A stretch of 64,000 bases of DNA from Epiperipatus broadwayi (GCA_028023455.1 JAQFVV010000002.1:9858001-9922000), one strand, 5' to 3'. Positions 24,401 to 38,993 are shown, counted from the stretch's first letter. The notes: generated by a model from the sequence alone, not told the origin. Numbers and translations are program-made.

Positions 24401-26214
24401 AAATTCCTTTATCAGTCACAACCCATGATAAGAAAATCTCTTTCTTAGCTTCTTAATGGTTTCTAATGATCCTGTATTCTTCATTACCATATACTCTGCT
24501 CATTTGGATTATATATTTTGATAATCACTGGGAAAAAATGACAATTTATAAGACTTGCATAGTTCATGTGTACTCTTTGCTATGGTTTGACTAGTGTACA
24601 CCATGATATTAAGTTTTTTTTTGTTTGGTTTGCTGTACTTTAGCACAATTTCATAACTTTGAATGTTTTTTCAATATTCTTATCAAGTTTTGGCCAACAT
24701 AAATATCTATTGTACAGTGCATTAGCAATACAATGCCAAGATATCTTTGATGTATTAATTTTAAAATTTATTCTCTATTCTGTGTTGGTGGTATGTCTCT
24801 GTTTTCCATTAATATGCATACTTTGGAAATTGATAGTTATTTTCCATTATTCCAGAATTATAATGACAGAATTTTTATTTTTGAATTGGCCAGCCTTTAT
24901 GAATTTATTCCATGAGGATTTTATATCATTTTTCTTTATGTGCCCTCTTTCCCATAGCTTTACTTTAATAATTTATGAGCATAATGTATTTATATAATTA
25001 ATTTCAACATTGCTGGTGTGAATTTGTAGTTCTGTCAAATATTCTTGATAAAGCATCTGCATGCTGAATAGAACTAACTCTTTTTGATAAGTTAGTTCAT
25101 CATATGCTGTTAACATATTGTGCCAATGCAACATACATGGACTTAGATGAGCAGGCAAAGTTTTATTTTTTGACAAGATACTTAAAAGGGGTTTGTAATC
25201 AATGATGATCCTAAAAACTCAGCCATATAAATATTGATGAACTTCTTTATACCAAACATAATTGCTATGGTTTCTTTGTAGAGCTAGTTGTAATTCTTTC
25301 AGCTCTTGCCATTGTACAATACAAAAAGTTATAGGTCTGACCCTCAGTTGTTTAATTTCTGATCACTACTAATTAGAGCATCAATAGTTAACAATATTTC
25401 TAAAATGCTAGCTTAATATATTAATAAGTAGAGCTTTCAATTACTTAAAAGCATTTTTTTTTGCTCTTTTCTCCATTTCCAACTTTTATGATTTTGAAGA
25501 TTATACAGTGGCTATGCTACTTCTGCCTTTCTTTCTAAATCATAAAAAAGGATGAAATTGCATAATGTTTGTAAGTGTAGGAGCTTTTTAAATTGCTCTG
25601 ACTTTTTCAGGTGTAAGACATATTTCCCTGATATGTTATGACCTAAAAAAATTATTTATTTTGGTTTTCCAGATGCTTTTTTTGAGGATTAAGTCTTATC
25701 CCAAAATTATTTAATTGGTTACACACACTTATTACTCTCATTTGGAAATTTAATGTAGAACTTGCAACAATCAATATATTGTCACGGAAGAGTATGTTCA
25801 TCTTAGCCTGAAAACATTCAGAACTGTAGAAAACGTGAAAAATAAATGATTATTTCAAAAAATTTCATGTTAGTTGTAACTATTAACACTTTTGCTGATT
25901 CTTCATTTACTGGAATGAAAGTGCTGTTTTTATATTCAGTTTTAAAGAATGTGAGCTTTTTGCATTGATTCGATACTTCATAACATTTAATATGAGATAT
26001 GCATTTTTACATAGATTTTTATTCAGTTATGTGTTAATTCACTATAAATGCATATTGAACTATGTGATTTAGAAATAACAATTGGCGTAAATTATTTTGG
26101 TTTTTCTGTTGGTATTAGTACTTCATTTCAACAAAATGTTGAATTTCTTTCTCTACTTTTGCTTGTGGGAATATGGTATCTTTTGAAGTTAAAAATTAAA
26201 AGATTTTGTATTTT

Positions 26215-27027
26215 TGTTATGTCTGCCAGTTATAACACTCGCTGGTGAACAATCTATGCAGTAGGCTAACCTTACCTTGCTTATATATGTATACAATAAT
26301 TATAATCACAAAGACTAACGCCGGTAGAATAAGAAAAACAGATTTAATTACAATACACTAATATATACATATTTACACTAATACATTAAAATAATCATAA
26401 TATATTTATCTCAACAACCCTGAAGGTATACCAAAATAATAATGAAGATCTATGCGACCTACTTTATAGTTCCTATGCTGACTCTTGGACATTTGGAGGC
26501 CAGCTATCCGCTCTGGGGCTACCGTGCTAATTAAGCAACATTCAGCGCCTTTCCCAGTTCATCTGTATTGGTAGAGCTCCCAGTTTAAAGTGTCAAATGC
26601 TTTACACTTTCATTCATTTTTCCAGTCCTGATTTCTGGATTTGATTGGTCAAATCTTGTCCATCCTGTTCGGATCAATCCCTCCCAGTTTACCTTTTATC
26701 TTAAGTTTTACTTTGATTGATTACCCTTTGCAGCCCGATTGCTTTTTAATTAATCATTTTGTTTATCTGCAAAGTTCCTTCATTAATTAACCTTCCTATC
26801 TAAAAGGATTTGTTTACTTGCTGTTTTAAAAAATAACACAGCTATTAAAGTATAATATTATTTTAAATTAACAAAGTATTTTTATCTTCACGTATATATA
26901 TATAACTTACGTATGTATATGCGATAAATTATACACATACATATGTTTAAATATTAAATCCCTATTTACAACATTTACTATTATTATTTTGTGTGTATGT
27001 GTATTTTAATTATATACATACATAACA
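26215..27027 (-). repeat. 3' LTR of nested Gypsy
   Basis: TGTTA...TAACA, direct repeat of 31076-31866 with many substitutions and indels. Confidence 0.93.
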
Positions 27028-27118
27028 ATACTTCTCCCAAGTTCGAAGATTATTTGTTAGTCTTCGAACTTAAAATATAATGATTTAAATATTTGGGAGG
27101 GTTTATTTTCCTTTTTAG

Positions 27119-30100
27119 TCATTGCCGTGAATTATTTTCCATTTGTAGTAGTGACTTCTCTGTAGGCAAAATGTTTAATTGAAAATCAGTTTCTTGAGTG
27201 ATGCAAATTTTCAGTTTATTATCATTTTTTAGAGTCTTGTCGGTTTCTGTTGTGCTGAGATTTGGAATCCAGTCGTCACTTTCATTTCTCCGTAGCTGGT
27301 TCACATGTTTTTGTAATATCTTACCATTGCCCATGTGAACTGTAATGACCTGTTTTGACAGCTGGCGAATAACTTAACCTGGAAACCATAGATTTTTTAG
27401 TGTGTTCTTTACCCACACTCTCTTGTGGCTGGAATTTATACGAACAACTCTGTTGTTTGTCTCGTTTTGTTGGCACTATTTTTGCAAGTTTCATTCGCAG
27501 TTTTCTGCCTAAATATATTTCCACTGGTGTTTTGCCAGATTTGATCACTGGGGTAGAATGCTGGTGGAGAAGAGCAGTCAATACAGCTTCGTCAATTTTT
27601 ATTTCACCCATTTTTTATAGCTGACTTGAGGCTTTGCACTTCTCTTTCAGCCAGTCCATTTGATTGGGGGTGGTATGGGGGGATGAGTACATGTTTTATT
27701 CCCCAGTCTTGCATCGCCTCTGTGAACTTTTCCGATGTGAAACTTGTTCCATTATCTGAGACTAAAGTGTCTGGGAATCCATGATGAGCAAAAATCTCAT
27801 ACAGAGTGCTAACTGTTACCTCTGTGCTGGTATTTTTCACTATTTTATACTCAGCCCACCCTGAATACAAGTCAACTACAACTAGAAATGAATGGCCTTT
27901 GAATGGACTGCAGTGATCTATATGGATTCGTTGCCATGGGTTGTCTGCTTTTCACCATTTTTCAAAAGTCGATGGTGGTGCTTTAGCGCACTGTTGGCAG
28001 TTCTCACATTTCTTTATATATCTATCTACATTGAAGTTTGGTCGCAATATAATGCTACACACTAGGGCTTTTGCCCTCACAATGCCCGGATGTCCCTCAT
28101 GAAGCAAGTTTAATATTTGTTGTCTCCCCACCACAGATATCGGCACTTGGTCGCTCCTCAAAATGCATCCTTTACAAATGGATAGCTGTTCATGGGCATT
28201 CCATAATTGTTTGTGGAGAAAACTTGGACGTTTGTTCGGCCATCCTCTTATCTTATTTATTATCCCCTGATAGCCATCGACTTCTTCTGTCTATCGAGCT
28301 ACAATTTTGCTATTTAGGTTTTACTTTTGAAGTACATTTATATAATTTATTTCTCTTTCTAATACTGGTGCTTCATCAAGATCTGCATGCCCAATTTGTT
28401 TTTCCATTTTGTATTCCAGACTGTAATCATAGCCCGTGAGAATGTTAAGCCAATGTAACATTCGGGGGTTTAAATAATCAGGGGTATGTTTATTTCCGAA
28501 TATTCCCAGCAGTGGTTTGTGATCGGTTATAATAGTAAATATCCTTCCATATAGATATTGGTGGAATTTTTTCACTCCGAACAAAATTGCGAGTGCTTCC
28601 TTGTCCAATTCGCTATAGTTTTTTTCTGCCTTGGACAACGTGCGTGAAGTATACGCTATGAATCACTCTTCTGACTGGGATAGGTGACTTAGTACTACCC
28701 CGACCCCAAATTCAGATGCGTCGGTGGTCAACATAATTTCCAAATCACTGTTATAATGTACTAATAATTTCTCTGAAGTAAGCAGCACTTTAATGCGAAT
28801 AAATGCTGTTTCTTCTTGCTCATCCCATTTCCATTTCTGGTTTTTCCTCCATAGATTATTAATAATTGAAAGGTTGCTAGTCTTTCACATGCATCTACCA
28901 TTGTCTCTCAGTTAGCCAATCAGATTTTAAATAGCTGTATTAAGAACGATCAAGCCTTAAGGAGTGTCCACATGGGCTTTTCCTTTTAAAAAAGTTTCAA
29001 AAAAATTCACCAAGCCTAGGAAAGCTTGTAGTTGCTTCAAGTTTGTGGGTCTTGGCACATCTGTTACTGATTTAGCCTTTTTTGAGGGAAGAGGATGTGC
29101 CGCTTTTTGATATAATGTGGCCCAGGAATTTAATATCCTTAGTTTTCCAAATCCATTTTTCAGTATTCAGCTTACTACTCAGTTTCTAAGTTCTTTGTCT
29201 GTGGTTACTGTTACGTGGATGTCGTCAAAATATGGTATGATGCCATCCGATCCATTGAGAAGAGTTTCGATTTTCAACTGAAATATGCTAGGGGCCAATG
29301 TTATTCTGAATGGTAGCCCAAGATGCATAGTAATTGTCAGTATTTTGAATGCTTCCTCTGTAACTGGTATTTGATGGAATGCAGCATTAAAGTCTAACTT
29401 CGCAACAAAATTAGATTTTTGCAATGAAGTGATAACTTTTCTAGCATTTGGTTCTGGGTATGCCCTCTTGTTTAATGCTTTATTTACAGTTACCCTGTAA
29501 TCCCCACACAAATGTATCTGACCATTAGGTTTAGTTATGATGACTACTGGGGTGACCCAATCTGACTTTTCTGTAGGTTCCAACACCCCTTTTTTGATGA
29601 GGTCGTCGATTTCTTTTTCTACTTTTACTAATCTGAGCGAATGGTACCTTTCTAGGTTTGCAAATTATGGGTAGAGCTGATGTGTTCATTTCTAATGATA
29701 CCAGCTCAGTTTTAATAATTCCCAGCTCCTCATTAAATAAATTTGGAAATTTATTTTCCATTTCTTTTTCCAACTCGACATTTTGTATGAATGTTAATCT
29801 AATCCCTAATTTATTAAACCACTCATGGCTGATTAATGGATTTATCGGGGCGTGTACTATATATAACAGTAAATTGACAATTTTACCCTCTACTCTGTTT
29901 ACTGGAGCTTTAACCACGCCCTTTATTTTAATAGCGTTGCCATTTACATCTAACACTTTCGTGTCCATTTTTACTATTTCGGCTTTTTGCTTACAATTTT
30001 CTGTAATGGTCTGCCAATTGCGTAGTGATAGGGTTATACCACTCCCACTATCCACTTCCATATCTATAGGGCAATCGTATATTTTAACTTTTATAATTAT

Positions 30101-30217
30101 TTTATCATTAAGACTGGTTGCTGTATTGTTAATCATTGTAAACTGTTTTTCTTTTCCTTGTAATTTATGGTTAGGACTGTTTCTTGTGTGTAGTGTTTCA
30201 TTTTTTGTTCTCTCCAA
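27119..30217 (-). pseudogene. pol: Fragmented pol (PR, RT, RNase H, IN)
   Basis: MEVDSGS, LCGDYRVTVN, YFDD, KEALAILFG, TDHKPL, SDNGTSF and SNGLAE spread across several frames. Confidence 0.92.
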
Positions 30218-30971
30218 AACATGTTTTGCCTATGCTCTTTCTTATTACATAATTTACATTGTTCGCGTCTAAAATATCAATCAGTGGCTTTATGCCCTTT
30301 TTTCCACAACAAAAATAGATAATAGGGTTTCTACTATTATTTCCATTACTTTCATTATTTTCTGTGGATTTCTGTTCCATTGTTTTGAAAGTTTTGTAAG
30401 CTTCGGTCTGATTGATTCCCCCGTTATTGAATTCTGCATATTTTTTGGACTGTTCCAAGATGAGCTTGTAGGTTTTGCTACATTTGATTGCCTCCGTGTA
30501 ATCGAGATTTGTTACTGACAGTAGCTGTTGCCATAAGATGTCGCTATTTATGCCTGTCAGGAACTGTTCAAGGAGAGCTTCGTCTAAGTAAGAATCATAT
30601 ACACAGTCTTTAGCTAACACTTTCAGTGCACAATCAAAATCCTTAATCGTTTGATTTTTAGCTTGCAGACGATGGCAGAACTGTAGTCTAGCAACATGAT
30701 GTGAAGGAGTGGGGTTAAAATAATTACCCAATTGCTCTTTGAAGTCACTGTATAAGCATTGCTCAGGTGTTAAAGGCACTACTAACCTATTTGCGATTTC
30801 TATAACCGCTTTACCCACGAAACATAATACGGTGGCTATTTTATATTTATCATCTTCAACTCTATTAGTAAAAAGATACTTTTCTATGTGTTCAACATAC
30901 AACGGCCAACTGCTCGTCTCGTTTATGTCGAATTCGCCAATGGCAATATGCAATTTATCCATTATACCCAA
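30198..30971 (-). pseudogene. gag: gag of nested Gypsy
   Basis: 257-aa ORF with YFNP..VARLQF..RLQ and EALLEQFLTGI; the zinc knuckle is frameshifted. Confidence 0.85.
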
Positions 30972-31075
30972 ATATTGTACTTAAAAAATTTCTGCTTTGA
31001 GTAAATGGCAAATAACAGCAATTTTAATACCCACTACTCTAGCTTTACTAGATTCGAACTTTTGACTGCACCAAA

Positions 31076-31866
31076 TGTTATGTCCGCCAGTTATAATACT
31101 CACTGGTGAACAATTTATGAAGTAAGTTAACCTTGCCCTGCCTATATATGCATACAATAATTATAATCACAAAGACTAACGCCGGTAGAATAAGAAAAAC
31201 AGATTTAATTACAATACCCTAATATATACATATTTACACTAATACATTAAAACAATCATAATATATTTATCTCAACAACCCCGAAGGTATACCAAAATAA
31301 TAATGAAGATTTATGCGACCTACTTTATAGTCCCTATGCTGACTCTTGAACGTTCGGAGGCCAGCTGTCCACTCTGGGGATACCATGCTAATTAAGCGAT
31401 GTTCAGTGCCTTTCCCAGTTCATCTGCATCGGTAGAGCTCCCAGTTTAAAGTGTCAAATGCTCTACACTTTCACTCATTTTTTCAGTCCTGATTTTCTGA
31501 ATTTGATTGGTCAAATCTTGTCCATCCTGGTCGGATCAATCCCTCCCAGTTTACCTTTTGGCTTAAGTTTTACTTTGATTGATAACCCTTTGCAGCCCGA
31601 TTTTTAATTAATCATCTTGTTTATCTGCAAAGTTCCTTCATTAATTAACCTTCTATCTAAAAGCATTTGTTTACTTGCTATTTTAAAAAATAACATATCT
31701 ATTAAAGTATAAATTAACGAAGTATTTTTATCTTCACGTATATATATAACACGTATGTATATGCGATAAATTATACACGTACATACGTTTAAATATTATA
31801 TCCCTATTTACAACATTTACTATTATTTTGTGTGTATGTGTATTTTAATTATACACATACATAACA
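31076..31866 (-). repeat. 5' LTR of nested Gypsy
   Basis: Direct repeat of 26215-27027. Confidence 0.93.
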
Positions 31867-33646
31867 ATTTTTTATAATCAATATTTTAACAGACTGAATA
31901 TTAAGCTTTTCTTGTTGGATTTAAATAAATTAGAGAAGTGACCTTTTATTTTTTTTATAGAAATACATTTAATCATATTGAACTTGATTTAAAAATTCTG
32001 AACTATTCTCTTCTTAATATTGTTTGAATTTTCCTCTTTACAATATATGAATTTAATTCTGATTCTTTGGGGGAAAATGTAATGGTGACGTTTACCACTT
32101 TGACTATATATATTAAGATAGATTGCCTATCTTACCTCAATTATAATTTAAAAAATAGTACTTGGCAATCATGAGTTGGAATCAGATTTCATAAATTAGA
32201 CTTAGATTTTTTTCCATTAAATTTAGGTTTTTATAAGTCAACATGCATTGATAAAGATATATTGCTTAAAATAAAATAGACTTAATTTTAAATTTCATTA
32301 AAAAAAAAAAAAACTAATTTATTTCAACTAAATAAATTTGTTTAAAAAAATTGTTATAGAATAAAGTTTAATTAAATATAACTAAAGAATTAGAGTAATT
32401 AAGAAAAAAGTTGATTAATAGTTTATTTCAGTATCAGGGGAATTTTTTTTACAACTGATTTTTTTTATTAAAGTTTATTTAATATTTTGCAAACATTTAA
32501 AATTTTAATAAAAAAATATTTTTAGAGATTAAGATAACTAGTTGTCATCTGTAAACATATTTTTATGTTTTGCAAAATTGGTAGCTAGAAATAGGCAGAC
32601 TCAGAAAATAATCTTGTCTTTAGTCTTTGCTTAATGACTATTCACAGACACCAGAATCATCTTTTGACATCAATATATATTACAAGGAATCTCTGCAAGC
32701 AGTTGAAGTGATCAGCATGTTCTGCTATAAGCTGCTAAATAATTTCAATTCAAGCATGAAACCTATAGCCAAGATGTCTAACTCTGATTGCCAAATTATT
32801 TCTAATTTTAGGCCAATGAGTTTTATATATATAAAATTGCAGCCGCAATAGATGCATTTCTCAACAGTGAATGTGAACGGAGTTTAATACAAACTCTACC
32901 CTAAATGTGAAACTCCTATTGTGATGAAATATTTTATTAAATATCTACAGTATATCTCAGTAGTGAACAAAATGAGCTTTTCTCCATTTGTCAAAAGTTA
33001 AAATGTACATACACAAATTTAATCTTTGCTTCATATTGAAATAATCTTTTCTCAGATTGAAGATTACCAATTTATTTACCTTTTGAACGGTAATATTTTA
33101 ATAAACTTTAAAAAACGTGAGTTACCACAAACTAGTAATTCTTATACTGTTTAAGCCCATCAATTTATAATTTAATTTATGAGATTTTATGCATTTATTG
33201 TACTTATCCTTCAATGTTAACTTAGTTCTAATATATATTATGCTTTATAATATTTTTTCGTTTTCAGAGTATTTGATATATATATATTGTGATATGTCTG
33301 TGAATATTTAAAGGTTTTATCTTTGACAAATTTCTTTTAAAGTCAATTGTGTATAATTGTTTACCCTTTGAGTGTTCAATATAATAAAAAAAGGAAAAAA
33401 TCAATCATGAATCTCTTAAAGAAGAAAAGTTTAATTTAGTTTTCATAAAATAATTGAAATTTATTTAACAAAATTCATATCTCTGAAGCTATTTAAATTT
33501 AAGTTATTTAATTAATGTATTTATAAAGGAGTAGAATCAAGTTATGTATGGACCAAAGCTGTTGTGCTCATATAAAAAAATATGTTTTACGGAGATTAAT
33601 TTTATTTTATCTAGAACATTTGGCAGCATCTGAAATTAAGGATTAG

Positions 33647-33868
33647 AATATAGATGTTTGCATTTTATATAGTAATCCTGTAGATATTTTATTTACCACA
33701 TTTGAATTCATATATGTTACTTCTCCCCATATTAAATATAATTTCCTGAGTGAATTTGATTTTGTGTGTAATCACTCATGGATGACTGATTTTGCAGACA
33801 TTCCTCCTCATGAATTTTATTTTATTTTTTGCTCTGTAGTGTTAAGAGATTTATTATGTTATTTCTAA
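33647..33868 (+). pseudogene. Possible SLC22/organic cation transporter gene fragment
   Basis: Stop-free frame containing FEFIYVTS..YNFLSEFDFVCNHSWMTDFA, similar to the SLC22 motif SEFDLVCxxxW. This is a single motif only. Confidence 0.3.
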
Positions 33869-35748
33869 TACAGTGTAGGATTAAATGCATGATATATGAG
33901 GCTGATTTTGCAACTGTCTTCATATTGGGAATATTTAAATCTAGTTTAATCTGTTTTTTTTTTTTTTATCATTGCCTATATAGCCTTTTAAGTGAATAGA
34001 AAATAAATGTCATATCATAACTTGGCTAACACATATCTGGATAAACAAATCAGATGGTCACTGTCATTATTGGAGTGATAAATAGTCTTCATAGGTAATA
34101 CTGAATTAATAATCATATAAAGTTTTGTTGTAATATTCAAGAGCTAGCTTTATCAAATGAAAATAGGCTAACATAAAAAAAAAGTAATTTCAATTTCTGT
34201 AATTGAACTGTATTATAGTAAATTGTTGATAATTATTTTTTTTGTTGAAAAACCTGTTTCTTATTGGTACTTCATGCTGCCCATTACAGCTTTGATAGTA
34301 TAGTTATAAAAAAATAATAATTTTTTTTTTGTTATTAGATCAATCTTAGCATTTGTTTACTGTTGTCTGCTTTTGCCAATTGAGGCTTCTAAAGGATCTG
34401 TTCTTCATGACCTAATGGTATTAACAGTATCTATTAATAATAGTATGGGGCTGTGTAGGTATTAATAGTTTAAGATCCTCACCAGAAAACTTCAATATGA
34501 TGTCTCTTGAGAAGACATTTTAGTCTATAAGTATAGTGGTACTCTGTAGTGTTGGATATTGACCAACTTACAGCAGGAGTTTATTCATGACAATATATTG
34601 AATTTTCATTTGTATCAGAATTTTTATATTTAGATGACAAGAGTTTACAATCACTTTTCAGTATGAGTGATATGCCTGATTTACTATCTATCTCTATGGT
34701 GATCTTGATTTTACATAAATTAACAGTTGATACTTATTAATCTAAATAATTATTGCTAAGTTTTTCACTTGTATTATTTTGATTTTACTGTCTTTTATTT
34801 TGACCAACAGGTATAATTCATTTTTATTATCATGATCAACCTGCTAGTAAATTTTTGCTAAATGCTCTTTATTTTTATATATCTCACATTTATGGTTGTT
34901 TGTTTGCGACTGTGAGTTAAATAATATTTTTTTCCCACAACAATAACATTTCCATCTGTTAACATCCGAATCTTTTTGTCCAGGTTTTTCTCTTTTTTTC
35001 CCCCTCAGTTTTATTAATGAAAGTTTGTTGTTTTTCTCTTGAATGATTATTTTGGAATTTCTTGCTTTGTTTAAGACTAACTCATAAGCTAATTCTTTTC
35101 TAATTTCATCCGAATAAATGAAGTCTATATCAGCTAGAAATTGTCTCAATTTCTCATCTACTATTTCCCATAAAAATTGTTTGATTAAGGCTTCTTTCAT
35201 GACATTTCCATATTCTGCCTTCTTAGCTATATCTCTGCTATATTGTATTCTCTTATGTTCTCATTTTTGAATTATTTTCTGTTTCAGAAATTTAGTCTAG
35301 ATATATGCTTAGTCATTGCTGGTTTAAAGAAATTTTTTTGTTTTACAAAATTGGCAATAGTTTTGTAATTAGCACAATCTATTAGCAATCTTGATCACTC
35401 TCCTCATCCCCAAACCCAAAACTGTGGCTATTTTTTGATTTATCATTATTAATCTTATTTAATAGAAAATATTTTTTATTCTTTGCTTATACAAAGACCA
35501 TTTTGGGATCAGTTTGTATATCAAAATTGCCAAGAAATATTACTCATTAATGACATTTCCTCTCAATTTGTATATATGTATAAAGGTATGCAAATTAAAT
35601 CTAATCTAAATTTACCACTCTAATTGCTTTTTTTTTTTGAGTCTAAATGCTAAAGTTTTCCCTATGCTATCTTGACCAAAATTTGTCAAACAGCAAACTG
35701 CCATTACTATATTACTTTCTTCAGTTCTGTGTTGACTGTACCAGGATT

Positions 35749-36340
35749 ATATATGATGGATTAACTTTAGTATGTGGTTGAGATTTATTCACAGGTTAGT
35801 CAAACATACACAGGAATGTGAGTGTAGAAAAGGTCTAACAATGGAATAAATTGATTTGATAATTTCCAAACATCTATTTTAATAACAAGAATGGATAACA
35901 CAAATATATAAATATGAATACATAAAAGTCATACATAAATTATTAATACAGAAGTAACCAAAATATGTACACAAAATAGATGTAAAAAATCTCTGCAAAC
36001 TCTACTTGGTGACCTACAAGTGGAGAATATCCTGAGTTCCAGGAAGTCCTCTAGCTTCTACCTAGTCTAATTTTTTTGGACTTATTTATACCTTTTCAAG
36101 TGTTTGGAGTAAATAATTAATTAAAGTAACTAATTCAGGTTATTTTTTTAAAACAATCCTTTGCTACTCATTTAATTACTAATCCCTTTATGGACAGAGA
36201 TTAACTTAATTATATAATTACTTTAATCATATTCTCTATTTTGAGAATTAAAACAAACGCACTAAAATTTATTTTCAAATCAAAATATTTCTCTTATAGA
36301 TATAAACAGCTTTTTATTTTATCCCCCCCCCCCCCAAACT
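35749..36340 (-). repeat. Probable 5' LTR of the old Gypsy element
   Basis: Lies upstream of gag and is followed on the minus strand by TGGTACAGTCAAC, like the PBS of the nested element. Similar to 5882-6478. Confidence 0.55.
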
Positions 36341-37909
36341 CAGTCTATGATTAAAATATATTAAACTAAATTTAAATGCATACATTATAGTTATCTTTAA
36401 ATATATATATATATATTTGGTATTTATGGATTTATGTATTAAATGGGTTAATATGATGTAAAAGATATAATATTGTTAGAGAAATTAAATTCAGTTAAGA
36501 ATAATGTAAGATATTAATTATGAATGGAAAGGCAAGACAATGAGGGTGAAATTTTATGTGCATATGTGATATATCCAAAAGATTGTTAGCCAAATGAAAA
36601 ACTTTTATACCATGATAAATCCATCTACATCTTTTCCTCAAACCATTCTGTCAGTACTGGCGTATTCTATTTTCTTCTCTTTTTTTTTTTTTGTATAGTA
36701 AGTACTGTTTTATTAACTACAATATTTTATTTTCATAATCCTGATTTTCATCACAAAGTCCTTGAAAAAATCTCTTTCACTAATTTTATTTTTATACTTA
36801 TATATCTACCATTATTCCTTTTTCAATATTCTATGTTTCAACATAAATATTCATTACTCTCTTCCCATTCTTCAAAATCATCCAATTTTCACATTTTTTC
36901 TTTTGTATCCAAAGTTCTTGCCTTTACTCTAAATAACAGTAATTTCCCTCTAATGATATTATTCTTTCTTTTATACTTGTTTATTTTAAATACAATTAAA
37001 TAGCCCTTCACCAAATGGCAATGCATTAAAGTTAAAATGAAACCACTTTAATTTTGTCCTCCTTCATATATTAAGAGGATTGACTACAATATATTTGCTA
37101 GAAGAGATGAATTCTTTTAATGAGTCAGAAATTTATTGCTAAATGTTTTTACTATATAAATCATGTTTGTTTAGGAGCAATTTATGATCATTGCTTATTT
37201 AAATTTCACATTCTTTGATGAATTAGTTTGTGTTTCAATATTTAAGATCTAATAGTATACAGTTTTAAAGAGGTAATTTTTTGGACAGTCTATTTTGATA
37301 AACGGACTCATATTTATTTATAGGGAATAGCTGAATTTCTTAGCATTGGAGGTGTATTTATTTCAGTATAGTGTTATGCAGTGGAATTATTTTGATATAT
37401 ATATAATTGGCAAGTATGAAATTTTTTTCAGTTGTTTAGTCTTACCAATGTTGATTTAAATACTAATATTATATAATAAACAATAATTTACAGTGCTGAT
37501 TAACTAATTGTAACTATTTATTTTAAAATATAATTGAGTAGTCAGCTAGATTCAGCAAATGACAATGCATTAAAGTTAAAATGATACTATTTTAACCTTG
37601 TTCTTCTTCATATATCAGGACAATTGAAACTGGAGAGCTATTCATTATATTTAAAATAAATTGTTGCAATGAGTTAATATCAAAAACATTACATTTAATA
37701 TTTAGCACTATATATTATTATTTATTACATAATATTAGAATTTAAATCATCATTGTTAAGATTAAAACTGAAAGAATTTCCATGCTTGCCAGATATATAT
37801 GTTAATCAGGAGTAAAATTTAGCAATAAATTTCTGATTGATTAAATAAATTCATGCATTTTAGCAAAAACATTGTAAACAAGTCTCCTGATATAAGAATG
37901 AGAACAAGG

Positions 37910-38993
37910 TTTAAATCATATCAAAATATCACATGATTACCATTTCATATGCTTACACAGGTTGTTAAACTTTCCATACAATAATGCCACCAAGTGCAAG
38001 CCTTTGTAATCAATGGATGCAATAAGGGGTGTGAATAAATTTCCTATCTAATATTGTTCATCCACTATCACCAGATTAATTTCTAGCTTGTGGCTTTTAT
38101 CAGTGAGAAACCTTGGATTTGAGTGCACTATACAAGATCTCAGGATTTAATGTAGTCCTCTAGCAAGTCATTTTTTACCTATTTGGTTAACTATAAAGCT
38201 AAGAGCCCAAGATTTTGGTGCCTTTGGTTCTTCAAAAACTGCAGTCACCATTGTCCTATAGGCAGGATATGTTTAAAAACATCATATGATAACATTTTAT
38301 ATGCTTACACAGGCTGAATAATAGCAAACCTCTTCATACAGTAGTGCCACCAAGTGCAAACCTTTATAATCAATGGATGCAAGAAGCTTTGTGTATAAAT
38401 TACTTATCAAGTGTCGCTCATCCAATATCCTTAGACTAGTTTCTAGCTTGTGGCTTTCATCAGTGAGGAACCTTGGATTTGAGAGCATTGTATCTAGATT
38501 GTAGAATCTAAGGCAATCCTCCAGCAGTCATCTTTTACCTATTTAGTTAACTATAAAACTAGGAAGCTAAGATGAAAACTAATGGTTTCAATCCAAGTTC
38601 ATTTTCTTGTATAGTCATATAGATCTGAACTCAGTTTAGCATCTATATATTTTGGGATCTTTGGTTTTTTAAAAACCCATTTACCATTGTCCTATAGGCA
38701 GGATTGGAATAAAACCATCAAAACATCACATCACCATTTCACATGCTTAATCAGGCTGTTAATAATAGAAAACTCTCATACAGTAGTGCCACCAAATGCA
38801 AGCCTTTGTAATCAATGGATGCAGGGAGGTTTATGAATAAATTCCCTATTTAGTGTTGCTCATCCAGTATCCCCAGACTAGTTTCTAGCTTGTAGATTTC
38901 ATCAGTGAGGAGCCTTGGAGTTGAGAGTACTGCACCTAGATCTTGGGATCTAATGCAACCCTCCAAATCCAAGACTTGTTGCTGATGAAAGCC
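37910..38993 (-). repeat. Diverged trimer of the hammerhead repeat with short inverted tail
   Basis: Hammerhead motifs at 38068-38109, 38428-38469 and 38870-38911, plus an inverted TCCAAGAC..CTGATGAAAGCCA fragment at 38968-38993. Confidence 0.85.
38428..38469 (-). ncRNA. Type I hammerhead, AGC/GCU stem II variant
   Basis: UCCUCA-CUGAUGA-A-AGC CACAA GCU-A-GAAA-CUAGUC-UAAGGA. Confidence 0.75.

Larger units (their letters stand above)
26215..31866 (-). mobile_element. Complete but decayed Gypsy element nested in the older pol
   Basis: Two ~800-bp LTRs, 5-bp TSD ATTTT on both sides, PBS-like TGGTGCAGTC left of 31076, PPT GGGAGAAG, fragmented gag/PR/RT/RH/IN. Confidence 0.95.
23745..35560 (-). 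mobile_element. Old decayed Gypsy element interrupted by a younger one
   Basis: Fragments in Gypsy order. Gag 34844-35550 (KIATVL..IKIANRL, EALIKQFL), protease near 32180, RT 25560-26214 (IPVNEESAK, FLGH..PEKVRAI), RNase H near 25200 (HQYLYG..DYKPL), integrase 24600-24800 (IHQRYLGIV, WPKLDKNIE). Boundaries approximate. Confidence 0.78.

Noticed and set aside
37015-37625. About 70-bp direct repeat 545 bp apart
   Set aside because: Too short and diverged to assign as LTRs; no internal features.
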